Origin: an uncultured candidate division Zixibacteria bacterium
Lineage (GTDB): Bacteria > Zixibacteria > MSB-5A5 > UBA10806
Direction: 5' to 3'
Assembly (NCBI GenBank): GCA_963817915.1
Contig: CAWFQL010000016.1
Coordinates: 1 to 64,000, forward strand
DNA length: 64,000 nt
Part shown: piece by piece, positions 48,443 through 58,503 of the stretch
Numbering within the stretch: position 1 is the stretch's first letter
Layout: every line of letters begins with the position of its first letter
Notes under the pieces: model-generated
Seen by the model: only the letters and a program-made list of their open reading frames with translations
What the model was told of the DNA's origin: nothing
The model's database searches: none
Program-made: the position numbers and the translations under genes

Positions 48443-49867
48443 ATGATCAGCATGAAAGTAACCGCTGAAACCGGTGAAGCCCTCACCGTAGACGCGGCGG
48501 CTTTGGAAAATCTGCAATCATCGCTGCGCGGAAGATTGATTTTCCCTGGCGACGATGGCTACGATAAGGCCAGGACGGTTTGGAACGCCATGATCGATCG
48601 CAAACCGACATTGGTTGTGCAATGCGCCGGAGTCGCGGATATTCGCAACGCTGTAAATTTCGCGCGCGAATACAAATTGCTGACTGCTGTAAAAGGCGCG
48701 GGCCATAATATTGCCGGTAATGCTGTTTGCGACGGCGGGCTCCTCATCGATCTATCAAATATGCGCAGTGTGACAGTTGATCCGATCGCCAGAATCGCAC
48801 ATGTCGAGCCGGGAGTGACTCTCGCTGAATTCGATCATGAATGTCAGGCGTTCGGGTTAGCCACCCCTGTAGGAATCAATTCGACTACGGGTATCTCGGG
48901 CCTCACGCTCGGGGGCGGATTCGGTTGGCTATCCCGCAGATATGGAATGACAGTTGACAATCTGATTGCCGCGGACGTTGTCACATCCGATGGCAGATTG
49001 CTTCGCGCCAGCGACAGGGATAATTCTGATTTATTTTGGGCGATTCGCGGCGGCAGCGGTAATTTCGGGATCGTGAGCCGATTTGAATTCAGGCTTCATC
49101 CGGTCGGGCCGAATGTCTTTTGTGGATTGATCGTATACCCGTTAAAGGAAGCCGCGTCAGCATTAAAGAAACTCCGGGAGTACGCCAGAACGCTCGGCGA
49201 TGATACAGCCGTCTGGTCAGTCATGCGCAAAGCGCCGCCTCTGCCCTTTCTTCCAACTCAGGTGTATGGTACTGAGGTAATAGTATTTTGCGTATTTCAT
49301 GGCGGCAATCCTGAAGAGGGCAAAGAGATAATTCAACCCGTTCGCAAATTTGGGACAGTCTTAGGGGAGCACATTGGAGCGCAGCCATATACGGCGTGGC
49401 AGAAAGCGTTCGACCCCCTGCTTACTCCGGGGGCAAGGAATTATTGGAAATCTCACAATTTCGTCGATTTGAGCGACGGTGTAATTGATGTCGCAGTGCG
49501 GTACGCTTCCAATCTTCCTTCTCCGCAATGCGAGATATTTTTCGGCATGCTTGGCGGCGCTACAGCTCGTCCATTGCCCGATGCAACCGCCTATTCGCAC
49601 CGCGATGCCATCTACGTCTGCAATGTCCATGGACGCTGGGAATCAGCTTCGGAGGATAGAAAAGGCATTGAATGGGCGCGGGGATTCTATCGCGACGCAG
49701 CACCATTCGCTACCGGCGGCGTTTATGTCAACTTCATGACCGATGACGAAACAGATCGTATTAAGGCTGCTTACGGCCCGGGATATAACCGTCTGTCGGC
49801 TGTTAAGAAGAAATACGATCCGGATAACCTGTTCCGTATGAATCAGAATATACGACCGGGGGCATAG
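48443..49867 (+). CDS. FAD-binding oxidoreductase (berberine-bridge / VAO family)
   Basis: 'GAGHN', 'GLTLGGGFG', 'LFWAIRGGSGNFG', 'YVNF', 'KKKYDPDNLF..NQNI'. Confidence 0.92.
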   Translation: MISMKVTAETGEALTVDAAALENLQSSLRGRLIFPGDDGYDKARTVWNAMIDRKPTLVVQCAGVADIRNAVNFAREYKLLTAVKGAGHNIAGNAVCDGGLLIDLSNMRSVTVDPIARIAHVEPGVTLAEFDHECQAFGLATPVGINSTTGISGLTLGGGFGWLSRRYGMTVDNLIAADVVTSDGRLLRASDRDNSDLFWAIRGGSGNFGIVSRFEFRLHPVGPNVFCGLIVYPLKEAASALKKLREYARTLGDDTAVWSVMRKAPPLPFLPTQVYGTEVIVFCVFHGGNPEEGKEIIQPVRKFGTVLGEHIGAQPYTAWQKAFDPLLTPGARNYWKSHNFVDLSDGVIDVAVRYASNLPSPQCEIFFGMLGGATARPLPDATAYSHRDAIYVCNVHGRWESASEDRKGIEWARGFYRDAAPFATGGVYVNFMTDDETDRIKAAYGPGYNRLSAVKKKYDPDNLFRMNQNIRPGA

Positions 49868-50277
49868 TCGATAATAATTCTTGACTTGTATTTTCCTATA
49901 ATTTAATATTTCCATGTACGTGGTTTAACGCCTTTTTAAGTATTTGTATGATCTTGTCCCCATGTTTGCATCTGCGCGTTGGCACCAGTGTTTGCTATCG
50001 TGTCATGTGAGGTTGCCGTTTTCCTTTCTTTACACCAGTTATAATGGGCGATGATCTTATTGTCCCTATTTCGGGATATGTGGTCAAATCGAAAGCATGC
50101 CAGCGGCACGATAATTCTTTTTGTGCCATCGACATATTTGGGGAGGGTTTGATATGATCAGGCGATAGGAAATCTGCATCTAATGCGGATAAATCTGATT
50201 ATCGTTGTTATTATAAAGAATAGGCAATGTTCGTAATTGTTGAATTGACGTTTCACAAACAAAGAAAGGATTAGGCA

Positions 50278-51334
50278 ATGAAATCAATTTTTAATGTTGG
50301 TAACACATTAGTATGGGCATTGGTGAGTATAATGATAATAACTTTGTTTTCAGGATGCTGCCCGCCATTTTGTGGTCATCCAGATACAACTAAACGGTAT
50401 ATTTTGGCATATGTCGACACGAATTGGCTACTCCGCTTTCGATGGTCAGATGATGGAACAACCTGGACTACCGCAGGAGGAACGCCTCAAAGTGTAGATT
50501 GGGGATCTGGTATTGATATGGATGATGCGGGCATCTACATGGCAATATATAAATCCAGCGGATCATATCCTGTCAAAGTTCTACGAGGCTTATACAATGC
50601 ATGGGATAGCACACCTAGGACAGTAGGCAGTGAAGGTTATCCAAATGAGATTCATTCAGGGACATCGATTGTCCATGTGGAAGGGGAAAAATGGCTGGTA
50701 GCATATAATAATTATAATCAGGCAAAGGTCGTTATATATGACAATTCAATTCCACAAGATTTCAAAGATGTGGTGACCCCTGTTATCGGCGTAGTCGCAA
50801 ACAACGATCTCATTGATAAACCAGCCCTCGTGAATCGAAACGGCAAAATTATTGTATCTTGGCTAATGGAAAATCAGCTTCAGATGGTAACGGGTGATAT
50901 TCAGTCTGGAATTCCCGTATGGCAACCGGGATACTCATTCAGCGCGAATGTTGTCGAACAGGGATACGGACCGCCCATTGGCTCACATGGATTAGCTCGC
51001 GACCTTCAACACTTTTATGCAGCTGTAGTACGTCAAAGGGATCCATTGCCTGGTGAGCAAGTTAGTCGTTACTTTCTTTTTGTATATATCTCCGGATAAT
51101 GGACTCAACTGGACTAAGCTGGCCTCAAGGGAATCAAGAAATCCCGAATCGATGAGCATTGCCACCCGCGGGATAAATGACATGATCGTAATACTAAGCA
51201 GTCCAATTGAGAACAACCCATCGACTTCATATCACTTTGATGGATCGAATTGGTCAGTACTCGATCTAAATGCAGTATTCGGTGACCACCCAATTAATGC
51301 AGGCTACGATTTCATGATTTACTCACGGCAATAG
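50278..51334 (+). CDS. Hypothetical lipoprotein with Asp-box motifs (possible beta-propeller), with a +1 frameshift near 51090
   Basis: Lipobox 'FSGC', 'WSDDGTTW'; the second ORF continues 'SPDNGLNW'. Confidence 0.6.
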
Positions 51335-51572
51335 TTATAGATAACTTGGTGGGGCAATAAGTCTGTAAATGGCTTGGATTGACGGAGCCTTCGGGATATC
51401 CTCTGGGCTCCGATTTGTAGTATTTAATCTCGGAATCTTATGTAACCTGATCAATTAGTAGTCAGGATCGGTTACATTATGCAAATTAATATTTTGTGCA
51501 TTTGCACTTTGCGATTCAATTGAAGTATCAATGAAGCTCTCGATTGCAAAGAATTTGCCCTCCTTTTTGAAG

Positions 51573-53243
51573 CTACAATACTTGTCTCCTAACGCGCATC
51601 CTTACCCATCCGAGCTGCACGGCATCATGCGCCGCCTTGAATTCGGTAACAAATCTGACGGCATATCTATTGCCGGCAGTTGCGGTAATATCATTCGTAA
51701 TTGTATAAGCGGCAATCGCCCAGGTCACGCTTGTTCTACTGGCAGTCGACCTCCAATATGATGAGTCTGTTAGATTAATAAAGGATGAGAAAGCCGGCCC
51801 GAAAAAGCCTAAGTCAGCAAAACCGGATTTGCCTGAATTCCTATAGCAGAATTCAAGGGAATCAATGACACATCCATAGGGCACGTATCCGCTGACAAAG
51901 AAAGTGTCCCTCATGCTTGCAGTCATAGCTCCTGCACTATCCGTGGCCAGCCAACTCGATCCGGCATTTTGCCCTGGGAACATCAGAAAAGTAGAATCCG
52001 AGATGGGGCGAAGCCAGCGATGCACCAGATCAAGATATAACCACTCGTATTCCCATCCAATTTTGTTCACGGGAATGGATCCTGTCGCGAAATGCCTATC
52101 AACTAAGTTGCCCATGGAATCATTTATGCTCTGCTTTAAATTCTTTGCTAATAAGGCCAATGAATGTGAAGTGACGGCCGCGGAATCGGCTAAATCCGCG
52201 CCGATTCTTAGGGGCGCTGAGGTCTGAAATGCCTGGCTGGCATATCTATAATTAATACTCTTTGGGTTTTTACCGCCGAATATCAAATTCGCATCTTCCA
52301 ATGCCATATCACCGTCGCTATTGGCATAGAGATTTCCTTGCGACTGAACAGACGAATTACTGATGATATCACTTGTGGAAGTTAGCGTGCCAACAACGTG
52401 AGTGTTATTTGAAAATTGGAAATTCGTCGCGGAAGAGTCCCATAGTATATAATGATAGCCATGACCGGCATCCCTGAAGCCTAATTTTACATGCGTATCG
52501 ATTCCGTCATTATCGTTGTCCGCCAAGAGCAGAGCCCAGTTTTGTGTAGTCGCATTTTTGGGCTGTTCAAATATGGCTCCGAAGGCATTGGTGATCTTTC
52601 CGGCTCCTGTCATTGTCGGGGCCACCCCTATGATCGATACTGCCTGCTGGACAGTATCTTGCCCCTGCACATAAGCGTGAGCTCGAACACCGCCGAGAGT
52701 CCCGATCGATCCGTTGGATGTACGCTCACCTTGCGCGTTGAAGCTGCCTCCATAAATATTATCCACTTCGCCTTCGCCTATCATTGAGCCAAAACCTTGA
52801 ACACCGACCATTGTGCCGAGACTATCGGTTTTGCCATACCTTGCCTGCGCGATTCCATGAACACCCATCTGCGATACATTGGAATCATAGCCATTGGGAA
52901 TGCCATCGCCCTCATAGAGATTAATTCCGTAAATTGCCTGCGATTCAATATTTAGATTTTTGCGGGTATTAACCCAGTCGCTGGCATAGATAATTGCTCT
53001 GCTGTCACCGGAATAGTTGGCCCGTAGACCGACACGCATTATGATCGGGAAGCTTGCCCGATTCATCCCCAGAGGATTGATTGAGGCATATGTCGAATCA
53101 TTAACGCCTTTAATTTTAAACGGCGCCTGGGCAATATCTCCCCAACTGCTTGATGTCGGGTCTTTTCTATCAAATGAATTGCTTATAGCCTGGCCCCTTA
53201 ATATCGGACTCAACATCAAAAGACAGATCAATATTTTCTTCAT
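51573..53243 (-). CDS. Secreted hypothetical protein with Gly-rich beta repeats (fibre/adhesin-like)
   Basis: 556-aa ORF with AGGAG Shine-Dalgarno, signal peptide and GVxG repeats. Confidence 0.6.
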   Translation of the reverse strand: MKKILICLLMLSPILRGQAISNSFDRKDPTSSSWGDIAQAPFKIKGVNDSTYASINPLGMNRASFPIIMRVGLRANYSGDSRAIIYASDWVNTRKNLNIESQAIYGINLYEGDGIPNGYDSNVSQMGVHGIAQARYGKTDSLGTMVGVQGFGSMIGEGEVDNIYGGSFNAQGERTSNGSIGTLGGVRAHAYVQGQDTVQQAVSIIGVAPTMTGAGKITNAFGAIFEQPKNATTQNWALLLADNDNDGIDTHVKLGFRDAGHGYHYILWDSSATNFQFSNNTHVVGTLTSTSDIISNSSVQSQGNLYANSDGDMALEDANLIFGGKNPKSINYRYASQAFQTSAPLRIGADLADSAAVTSHSLALLAKNLKQSINDSMGNLVDRHFATGSIPVNKIGWEYEWLYLDLVHRWLRPISDSTFLMFPGQNAGSSWLATDSAGAMTASMRDTFFVSGYVPYGCVIDSLEFCYRNSGKSGFADLGFFGPAFSSFINLTDSSYWRSTASRTSVTWAIAAYTITNDITATAGNRYAVRFVTEFKAAHDAVQLGWVRMRVRRQVL

Positions 53244-53424
53244 TCTTACTTCTCCTATTTTTTAAATTTTTGAATTCCACGAATTAGATTTATCAAGCCT
53301 AATCGCCAAACAATATTGTCCAATTTCCAACTGCGATATTTGCCTCGTAAATCTCAATAATACTGAAGTATCATTGATACTTACAGTTGTCAAGATTTTT
53401 AGGCCAATTTGAAATTTGTTAAGC

Positions 53425-53450
53425 GGAACCAGTTTATTTGTTTTTGCGTA
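53425..53450 (+). promoter_or_regulatory. ECF-sigma-type promoter
   Basis: GGAACC-N16-CGTA about 50 bp upstream of ATG 53499. Confidence 0.5.
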
Positions 53451-53498
53451 TTATTTTAGTATTTGGCATTGTAAGAGGGTATTTAATAGGGATAAACT

Positions 53499-53849
53499 AT
53501 GAAGAAAACCAAGGTATCATACAACGAAAAGCACAAAGAAACGCTTGATTCAATTCTGCTTGATATTCCTGAAATCAAGGCAGGCAAAATGTTTGGTTTT
53601 CCGGCTTACTATATTGGTGGGAAGCTTTTCGCGTGTGTATATGAAGATGGTGTCGGAATAAAGGTCCCTCAGGAATTAGCCCAACAGCTCTTGAAGACAA
53701 AGCATGCGGTGCCATTTCAACCATTCGGAAAAGCTAAGATGCGTGAATGGATTCAAATCAACCGTAAACGGTCCGCAGATTATATCAAGGATCAGGACAT
53801 TCTGCGTAAATCATTCGAATTCGTGTGCAATACCGAAGAACACGATTGA
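53499..53849 (+). CDS. TfoX-N / YjbR-like small protein
   Basis: 'GKMFGFPAYYIGGKLFAC', 'MREWIQI'. Confidence 0.6.
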   Translation: MKKTKVSYNEKHKETLDSILLDIPEIKAGKMFGFPAYYIGGKLFACVYEDGVGIKVPQELAQQLLKTKHAVPFQPFGKAKMREWIQINRKRSADYIKDQDILRKSFEFVCNTEEHD

Positions 53850-53885
53850 TTACCCTGAATCGCGGCCATGGATTAAGGGGTTGAG

Positions 53886-55007
53886 CTATACAAGCTTTTC
53901 GGATACGCGCTTAATTTCGGCCTTCCGCATATAGTAAACAGCAATCAAGACAAACAACACAGCTACCCAATCCGCGGCACTGGGAAATCGCAAGCCAAAA
54001 AATTTCCACAAAAGCAAGGTTGCCAAGATACCTGCCAGGAGCGAGGTGAGCCTGTTGGCGAGTCCCGCGAATGTCGCCGTCCGGCCTTTGAACATAAACA
54101 AGAAAACTGAAAAGAATGCAACTGCCGCATAAGGTATACCTGACAGAATGGCCGCGAAATTAGGATTCAAAACAGCCTCGCGCCAGTCCAATATCTGTAC
54201 GGGTTGCCATTGGAACAATATCGGGGCAAAAAAGAACAAAGCGCCCAATATTACCATTGTTAACGACGCGAATATTTGTTCAACCGCGAAATAACCGCGA
54301 TTGTCGGTTTTATCGGGCTTGCGAGTATTCTTATACCAATTCATGATGTACAGTCGTATCGCGTACGCCAACGTATACATTATCAATATTGTCATTGCCA
54401 ATGTGCTTTTTACGAAGACAAATGGTTTGGCGTCACGATCCAAATTGACTCCAAGCCAACTCGGAATCGTCGCGCCATGATCCTTAAGAAATACAGCCAC
54501 AGGGAATAATAGCAGTACGGATGCTACTGCCAGCAGCGCGAAAATGACCGCGATGTTTTCCTCGCGATATACTCGCTTTGTGAGCAATCCCTTTTTAATC
54601 TGAATTGCATCAACTATACGGCTAATGACAATTATTATACCGCGCATAATTACCTGCGCCACCATGACTGAAATTCCTATCGTATAGAGTAGTGTCGTAC
54701 TTGGAATGACCACCGCGGTGCAAACACCTGAGAGCGCAATCCATCCTGTCTCTGCGGGAAAATGGAAATTGCCCCAAGCCACCTGCCTATTCGAGGTTCG
54801 AGCCAATATGGTAATCCAACCCAGAACCAGAACAATAATGACACACACGGCGCTGCTGCTGACGGTATTGTTGTAAAGGTAGTTAAATTGCGGCATCTTA
54901 AGAATATCAGTAAAGTATTTGGAGCAAATTGCATACACGACATACGCTACAAAATAACCGGTGCACAAAAGCAGAAGCTGTGCCGTACTACCTGATTTAA
55001 ATTTCAT
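53886..55007 (-). CDS. Hypothetical multi-pass membrane protein (about 10 TM, possibly DMT-like)
   Basis: 373-aa ORF with many hydrophobic segments. Confidence 0.65.
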   Translation of the reverse strand: MKFKSGSTAQLLLLCTGYFVAYVVYAICSKYFTDILKMPQFNYLYNNTVSSSAVCVIIVLVLGWITILARTSNRQVAWGNFHFPAETGWIALSGVCTAVVIPSTTLLYTIGISVMVAQVIMRGIIIVISRIVDAIQIKKGLLTKRVYREENIAVIFALLAVASVLLLFPVAVFLKDHGATIPSWLGVNLDRDAKPFVFVKSTLAMTILIMYTLAYAIRLYIMNWYKNTRKPDKTDNRGYFAVEQIFASLTMVILGALFFFAPILFQWQPVQILDWREAVLNPNFAAILSGIPYAAVAFFSVFLFMFKGRTATFAGLANRLTSLLAGILATLLLWKFFGLRFPSAADWVAVLFVLIAVYYMRKAEIKRVSEKLV

Positions 55008-55035
55008 AATAAAAAACTCTTTCTTCTATCAATAT

Positions 55036-55122
55036 AGCTATAGACATTTTTAAGTTTTCATTGGGGGAATTAAGTTTCAATGAGCTATAGACAATCTTAT
55101 CCTTGTTGAGAATCTTTGTCAA
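55036..55122 (-). promoter_or_regulatory. Sigma70 promoter with two repeated operator-like boxes
   Basis: TTGACA-N17-TAAGAT (55122-55094); TGTCTATAGCT at 55093-55083 and 55046-55036. Confidence 0.6.
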
Positions 55123-55457
55123 GTGCTAAATAGCATGGCTCACAGCGGCGTTCGATGACAATCCCAATGTATAAATCTTACAATCTGGAAAATATAATTG
55201 GAATAGCATTACTCTGGCCGAATTGATTACTTCAATTTTTCGGCTATTGCTGGCCAATGTCGACTAATAGCTTTTTCTTCCGAGATTATTTTTCAAAAAA
55301 AGAGATGAAATAAATTGCTGACAATTCATTTCGGCAAACAGTCCCAATTCGTTAAATTGGTTGCAACGAAACAAATCGGATGCTATTTTAAGATGTTATG
55401 CAATACCGACCCTTAATAACGCAGTCGAATCAATCGAATATTTTATTTGAATGACTT

Positions 55458-56420
55458 ATGGTCGAGCATATGGGCTATGATATTCTTAACGTTCAATCAA
55501 TCGTAAAACAATTTCAAAAACAAATAGCTGTCGACAATCTCTCATTTTCTGTCAAGCGTGGAGAAATATTCGCCCTTTTAGGGCCAAATGGCGCCGGGAA
55601 AACCACGACAATTCGAATGCTATTGGGAATAATCCAACCGGATTCAGGCGTTATAACATTCAATCTCTCGCAATCTGAAAATTCTCCAATTTCGAAAAAT
55701 AAGTTGGGCTATTTGCCGGAAGATCGCGGATTATATCGCGATATCCCAATCATAAAGTCGCTGACCTACATGGGAGTATTACGTGGCATGTCACGCAAGG
55801 AGGCAGATTTGCGGGGGCGATCGATGCTCGACCAGTTTGAGCTCGGTGATCGCGTCAATGATAAATTAGAAACTCTCTCTAAGGGTAATCAGCAGAAAGT
55901 TCAATTTATCTCAGCGGTGCTCCATCAACCGGAATTCGCGGTGCTGGATGAGCCATTTGCCGGCCTTGATCCTATTAACCAGGAATCCTTTCTCAAAATG
56001 ATAGGGGAAATGAGAAAACAAGGCATGACGATTCTACTGTGCGCGCACCAAATGGAATTAGTCGAACGCATAGCGGACAGAGTACTTTTGATGAATCGCG
56101 GACAGCAAATATTATTCGGCACGATGGCAATGATACGCGAATGCTCGAGCATATCAAATAAGATCATTATTCATGTCGCCCCGGGCACTGATGTTTCGGA
56201 GCTGATTAATTCACAATATGTTCAGCGGTGGGAGCATCGCGGCAATGGAGAATATGTGCTTTATATCAAGCGCGGCGCGGCTCCTCAAAGTTTTCTCATT
56301 CAAGCGGCATCTGCCGTGGAATTGATTGATATTTTTACTGAAAAAACAAGCCTTCACGATATTTTTATCGAGAATGTCAGTCGCAAGGAAAATGATATTC
56401 GTGGGAAGCTCTTAAGATGA
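55458..56420 (+). CDS. ABC-2 transporter ATP-binding protein (NatA/YhaQ-like)
   Basis: 'GPNGAGKTT', 'GYLPEDRGLY', 'LSKGNQQK', 'LDEPFAGLDP'. Confidence 0.92.
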   Translation: MVEHMGYDILNVQSIVKQFQKQIAVDNLSFSVKRGEIFALLGPNGAGKTTTIRMLLGIIQPDSGVITFNLSQSENSPISKNKLGYLPEDRGLYRDIPIIKSLTYMGVLRGMSRKEADLRGRSMLDQFELGDRVNDKLETLSKGNQQKVQFISAVLHQPEFAVLDEPFAGLDPINQESFLKMIGEMRKQGMTILLCAHQMELVERIADRVLLMNRGQQILFGTMAMIRECSSISNKIIIHVAPGTDVSELINSQYVQRWEHRGNGEYVLYIKRGAAPQSFLIQAASAVELIDIFTEKTSLHDIFIENVSRKENDIRGKLLR

Positions 56421-57613
56421 GCAGTGTTCGCACAATCCTCGAAATCAGCCGCTGGGAATTTTCACGCTGGTTCAAATTCAGAAGCTTGCTGGTAACGTTT
56501 TCGATATCAATTATATTGAGTCTTGCCATTATCGGAAGTCGATATCTCACGGATAAAAACAACAGTTCACCAGTTCACATTGTGGTCATGAATACTAAAA
56601 TAATGCCGCGGCTCAATACGATTGGCACACGAATAGTAATTCAAATGCCTGAAGGAAAATCGGAAGCCGAGTGGCGTGAAGCCTTAGGTCGACGAGAAAT
56701 CGACGGGCTGCTGATACTGCATAGTCTTGACAGCGCTGAATTAATCGTGCCTAAAAATCCTCGCTGGGAGCGAGACCTGCAACAGATATTGACCGCGGAG
56801 CGACGCAGATTAAAGCTCGAGACGATGCGGGTAACGGAAGATCAATTGGCTGATGTCATGGCGCCTCTCGTGATCGATATTAGCTATCATGAATTGAGTC
56901 ACGGTCCCTCATCGACTTCTGAGAAAATCGCCGCAGGTCTTTTGATCCTGATAATGCTAATTGGTATTTTCAACAGTCTGGGATGCCAGATGGTCTCTAT
57001 TACCGGTGAAAAGCAATTACGAGTGACTGAACAGATTATTTCAGCCGTAACTCCGCAACAATGGATGGATGGCAAGATTATTGGCGTGTCGGCATATGCC
57101 GCCGTAGTAACGTTGGTGATGGTATTGAGCGCGCTTCCCATAATTTTTGTAATGCAATCAAGCTCAACAGGACTTCCATTCAATATAGGTTTCCCGAATC
57201 CAATCAATCTGGTGATTTTAGTTTTAGTTACAATTGGCGGTTTTCTTTTCTGGAACACATTTTTGGCGGCCTTTTCAGCAACTATTAATGATCCAAATAT
57301 GTCGACGCGCACTTCGGTTTTATTCCTGCCGCTTGTGCCATTAATCTTCTCAGCCGTAATTGCCCTCAAGGCCCCGGATTCAATATTGACAAGGTTTCTC
57401 GGCCTGCTGCCTATCACTTCGTCCGCAGTATTGCCAGTACGTATAGTTATTACCCAAATTTCTTCCTGGGAGATAGTCGTGTCAATATTAATATTGTTTG
57501 TATCAACATGGTACACGCGGATAATCGCGGGACGAATTTTCCGCACCGCTATGCTTATGTACGGCAAGGAACCTTCTATTAAAGAAATGCTTCATTGGAT
57601 GAAGGAAGCATAA
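56417..57613 (+). CDS. ABC-2 permease (NatB/YhaP-like)
   Basis: 'EKQLRVTEQIISAV..GKIIG', 'RIFRTAMLMYGK'; overlaps the ATPase stop. Confidence 0.88.
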   Translation: MSSVRTILEISRWEFSRWFKFRSLLVTFSISIILSLAIIGSRYLTDKNNSSPVHIVVMNTKIMPRLNTIGTRIVIQMPEGKSEAEWREALGRREIDGLLILHSLDSAELIVPKNPRWERDLQQILTAERRRLKLETMRVTEDQLADVMAPLVIDISYHELSHGPSSTSEKIAAGLLILIMLIGIFNSLGCQMVSITGEKQLRVTEQIISAVTPQQWMDGKIIGVSAYAAVVTLVMVLSALPIIFVMQSSSTGLPFNIGFPNPINLVILVLVTIGGFLFWNTFLAAFSATINDPNMSTRTSVLFLPLVPLIFSAVIALKAPDSILTRFLGLLPITSSAVLPVRIVITQISSWEIVVSILILFVSTWYTRIIAGRIFRTAMLMYGKEPSIKEMLHWMKEA

Positions 57614-57678
57614 GGCGCTTTATTCATATAATACCAGAATATTTTTCCAGTGGCTTGAAGGCAAAAAGAATTAATCAG

Positions 57679-58422
57679 GTGGCAACAATAAAACATTTCA
57701 GAATATATTTAATTTTATTTTTGATCCTTTCTCAAGTCACATTGACTTGCAGCAATGACAACAAGAAGGCTACGCCCCCGCCGGGCAACGACCACAGCCA
57801 GGACGATCCCTATGATATCGATACTTACGGTATCCCGAAATTCGTTAATACGAATTATATCGAACTCGATAAGATCTATCGCATATCGAGGTTCCGTTCG
57901 AGCGTAGGCCATGATTACGCCGACAATTTCGAATCCTGCAGAAGCATGAAGCACTATTTCGAGCCCAAAGGAACTGTTGACTGGTCTACAGTGAAGATTT
58001 ATTCCCCAATTGACGGAGCAGTCTCAAGAGTATTTGAGGAGTGGGCCGGCACTCAAGTGCAGATTAGATCGAATTCTCACCCGGCCTTCTTTTTCATAAT
58101 ATTTCATATAAGCCTGGCAGATTCGCTTCCGATCGGCACCGCGATAGCGGAAGGTCAGCAGCTCGGTACGCATATTGGACCTCAGACTATGTCGGATATT
58201 GCTGTTGGGGTCAATACGCCCCACGGCTGGAAGCTTATCCCCTATTTCGAGGTAATGACAGATTCGTTATTCCAGATTTATCGATCCAGAGGCGTCGTAT
58301 CCAGAGAAACTCTTATAATATCGAAGGAAGCCCGCGACTCCGATACGCTTAGATGCAATGGCGAATTATTCCTGAATCAGGGGAATCTGGAGAACTGGGT
58401 TAGTTCTCAACTAAAAAGCTGA
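57679..58422 (+). CDS. Hypothetical exported/lipoprotein with a possible M23-like fold
   Basis: Hydrophobic leader ending 'LTC', 'IYSPIDG', 'FHI', 'EGQQLG'; start uncertain (ORF opens at 57595). Confidence 0.55.
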   Translation: MATIKHFRIYLILFLILSQVTLTCSNDNKKATPPPGNDHSQDDPYDIDTYGIPKFVNTNYIELDKIYRISRFRSSVGHDYADNFESCRSMKHYFEPKGTVDWSTVKIYSPIDGAVSRVFEEWAGTQVQIRSNSHPAFFFIIFHISLADSLPIGTAIAEGQQLGTHIGPQTMSDIAVGVNTPHGWKLIPYFEVMTDSLFQIYRSRGVVSRETLIISKEARDSDTLRCNGELFLNQGNLENWVSSQLKS

Positions 58423-58503
58423 TTGCAGTTTGCTCAATCAGCTTTTTACGTCCCAATCGGAGTTAATATTAGTATTTCAAATGCCATAAGCTTTCAAATT
58501 CGA

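Noticed and set aside
43108..48443. Integron cassette array suggested by the small accessory genes
   Set aside because: No repeated RYYYAAC...GTTRRRY attC structures or integrase seen; several genes overlap or are operonic.
48143..48517. 124-aa minus-strand ORF in an AT-rich spacer (likewise 59538-59798)
   Set aside because: No recognisable motif; it overlaps the start or promoter region of a supported gene.
56899..57567. 222-aa antisense ORF, and the many other 60-180-aa overlapping ORFs in the track
   Set aside because: They lie opposite or inside well-supported genes and show no recognisable motifs.
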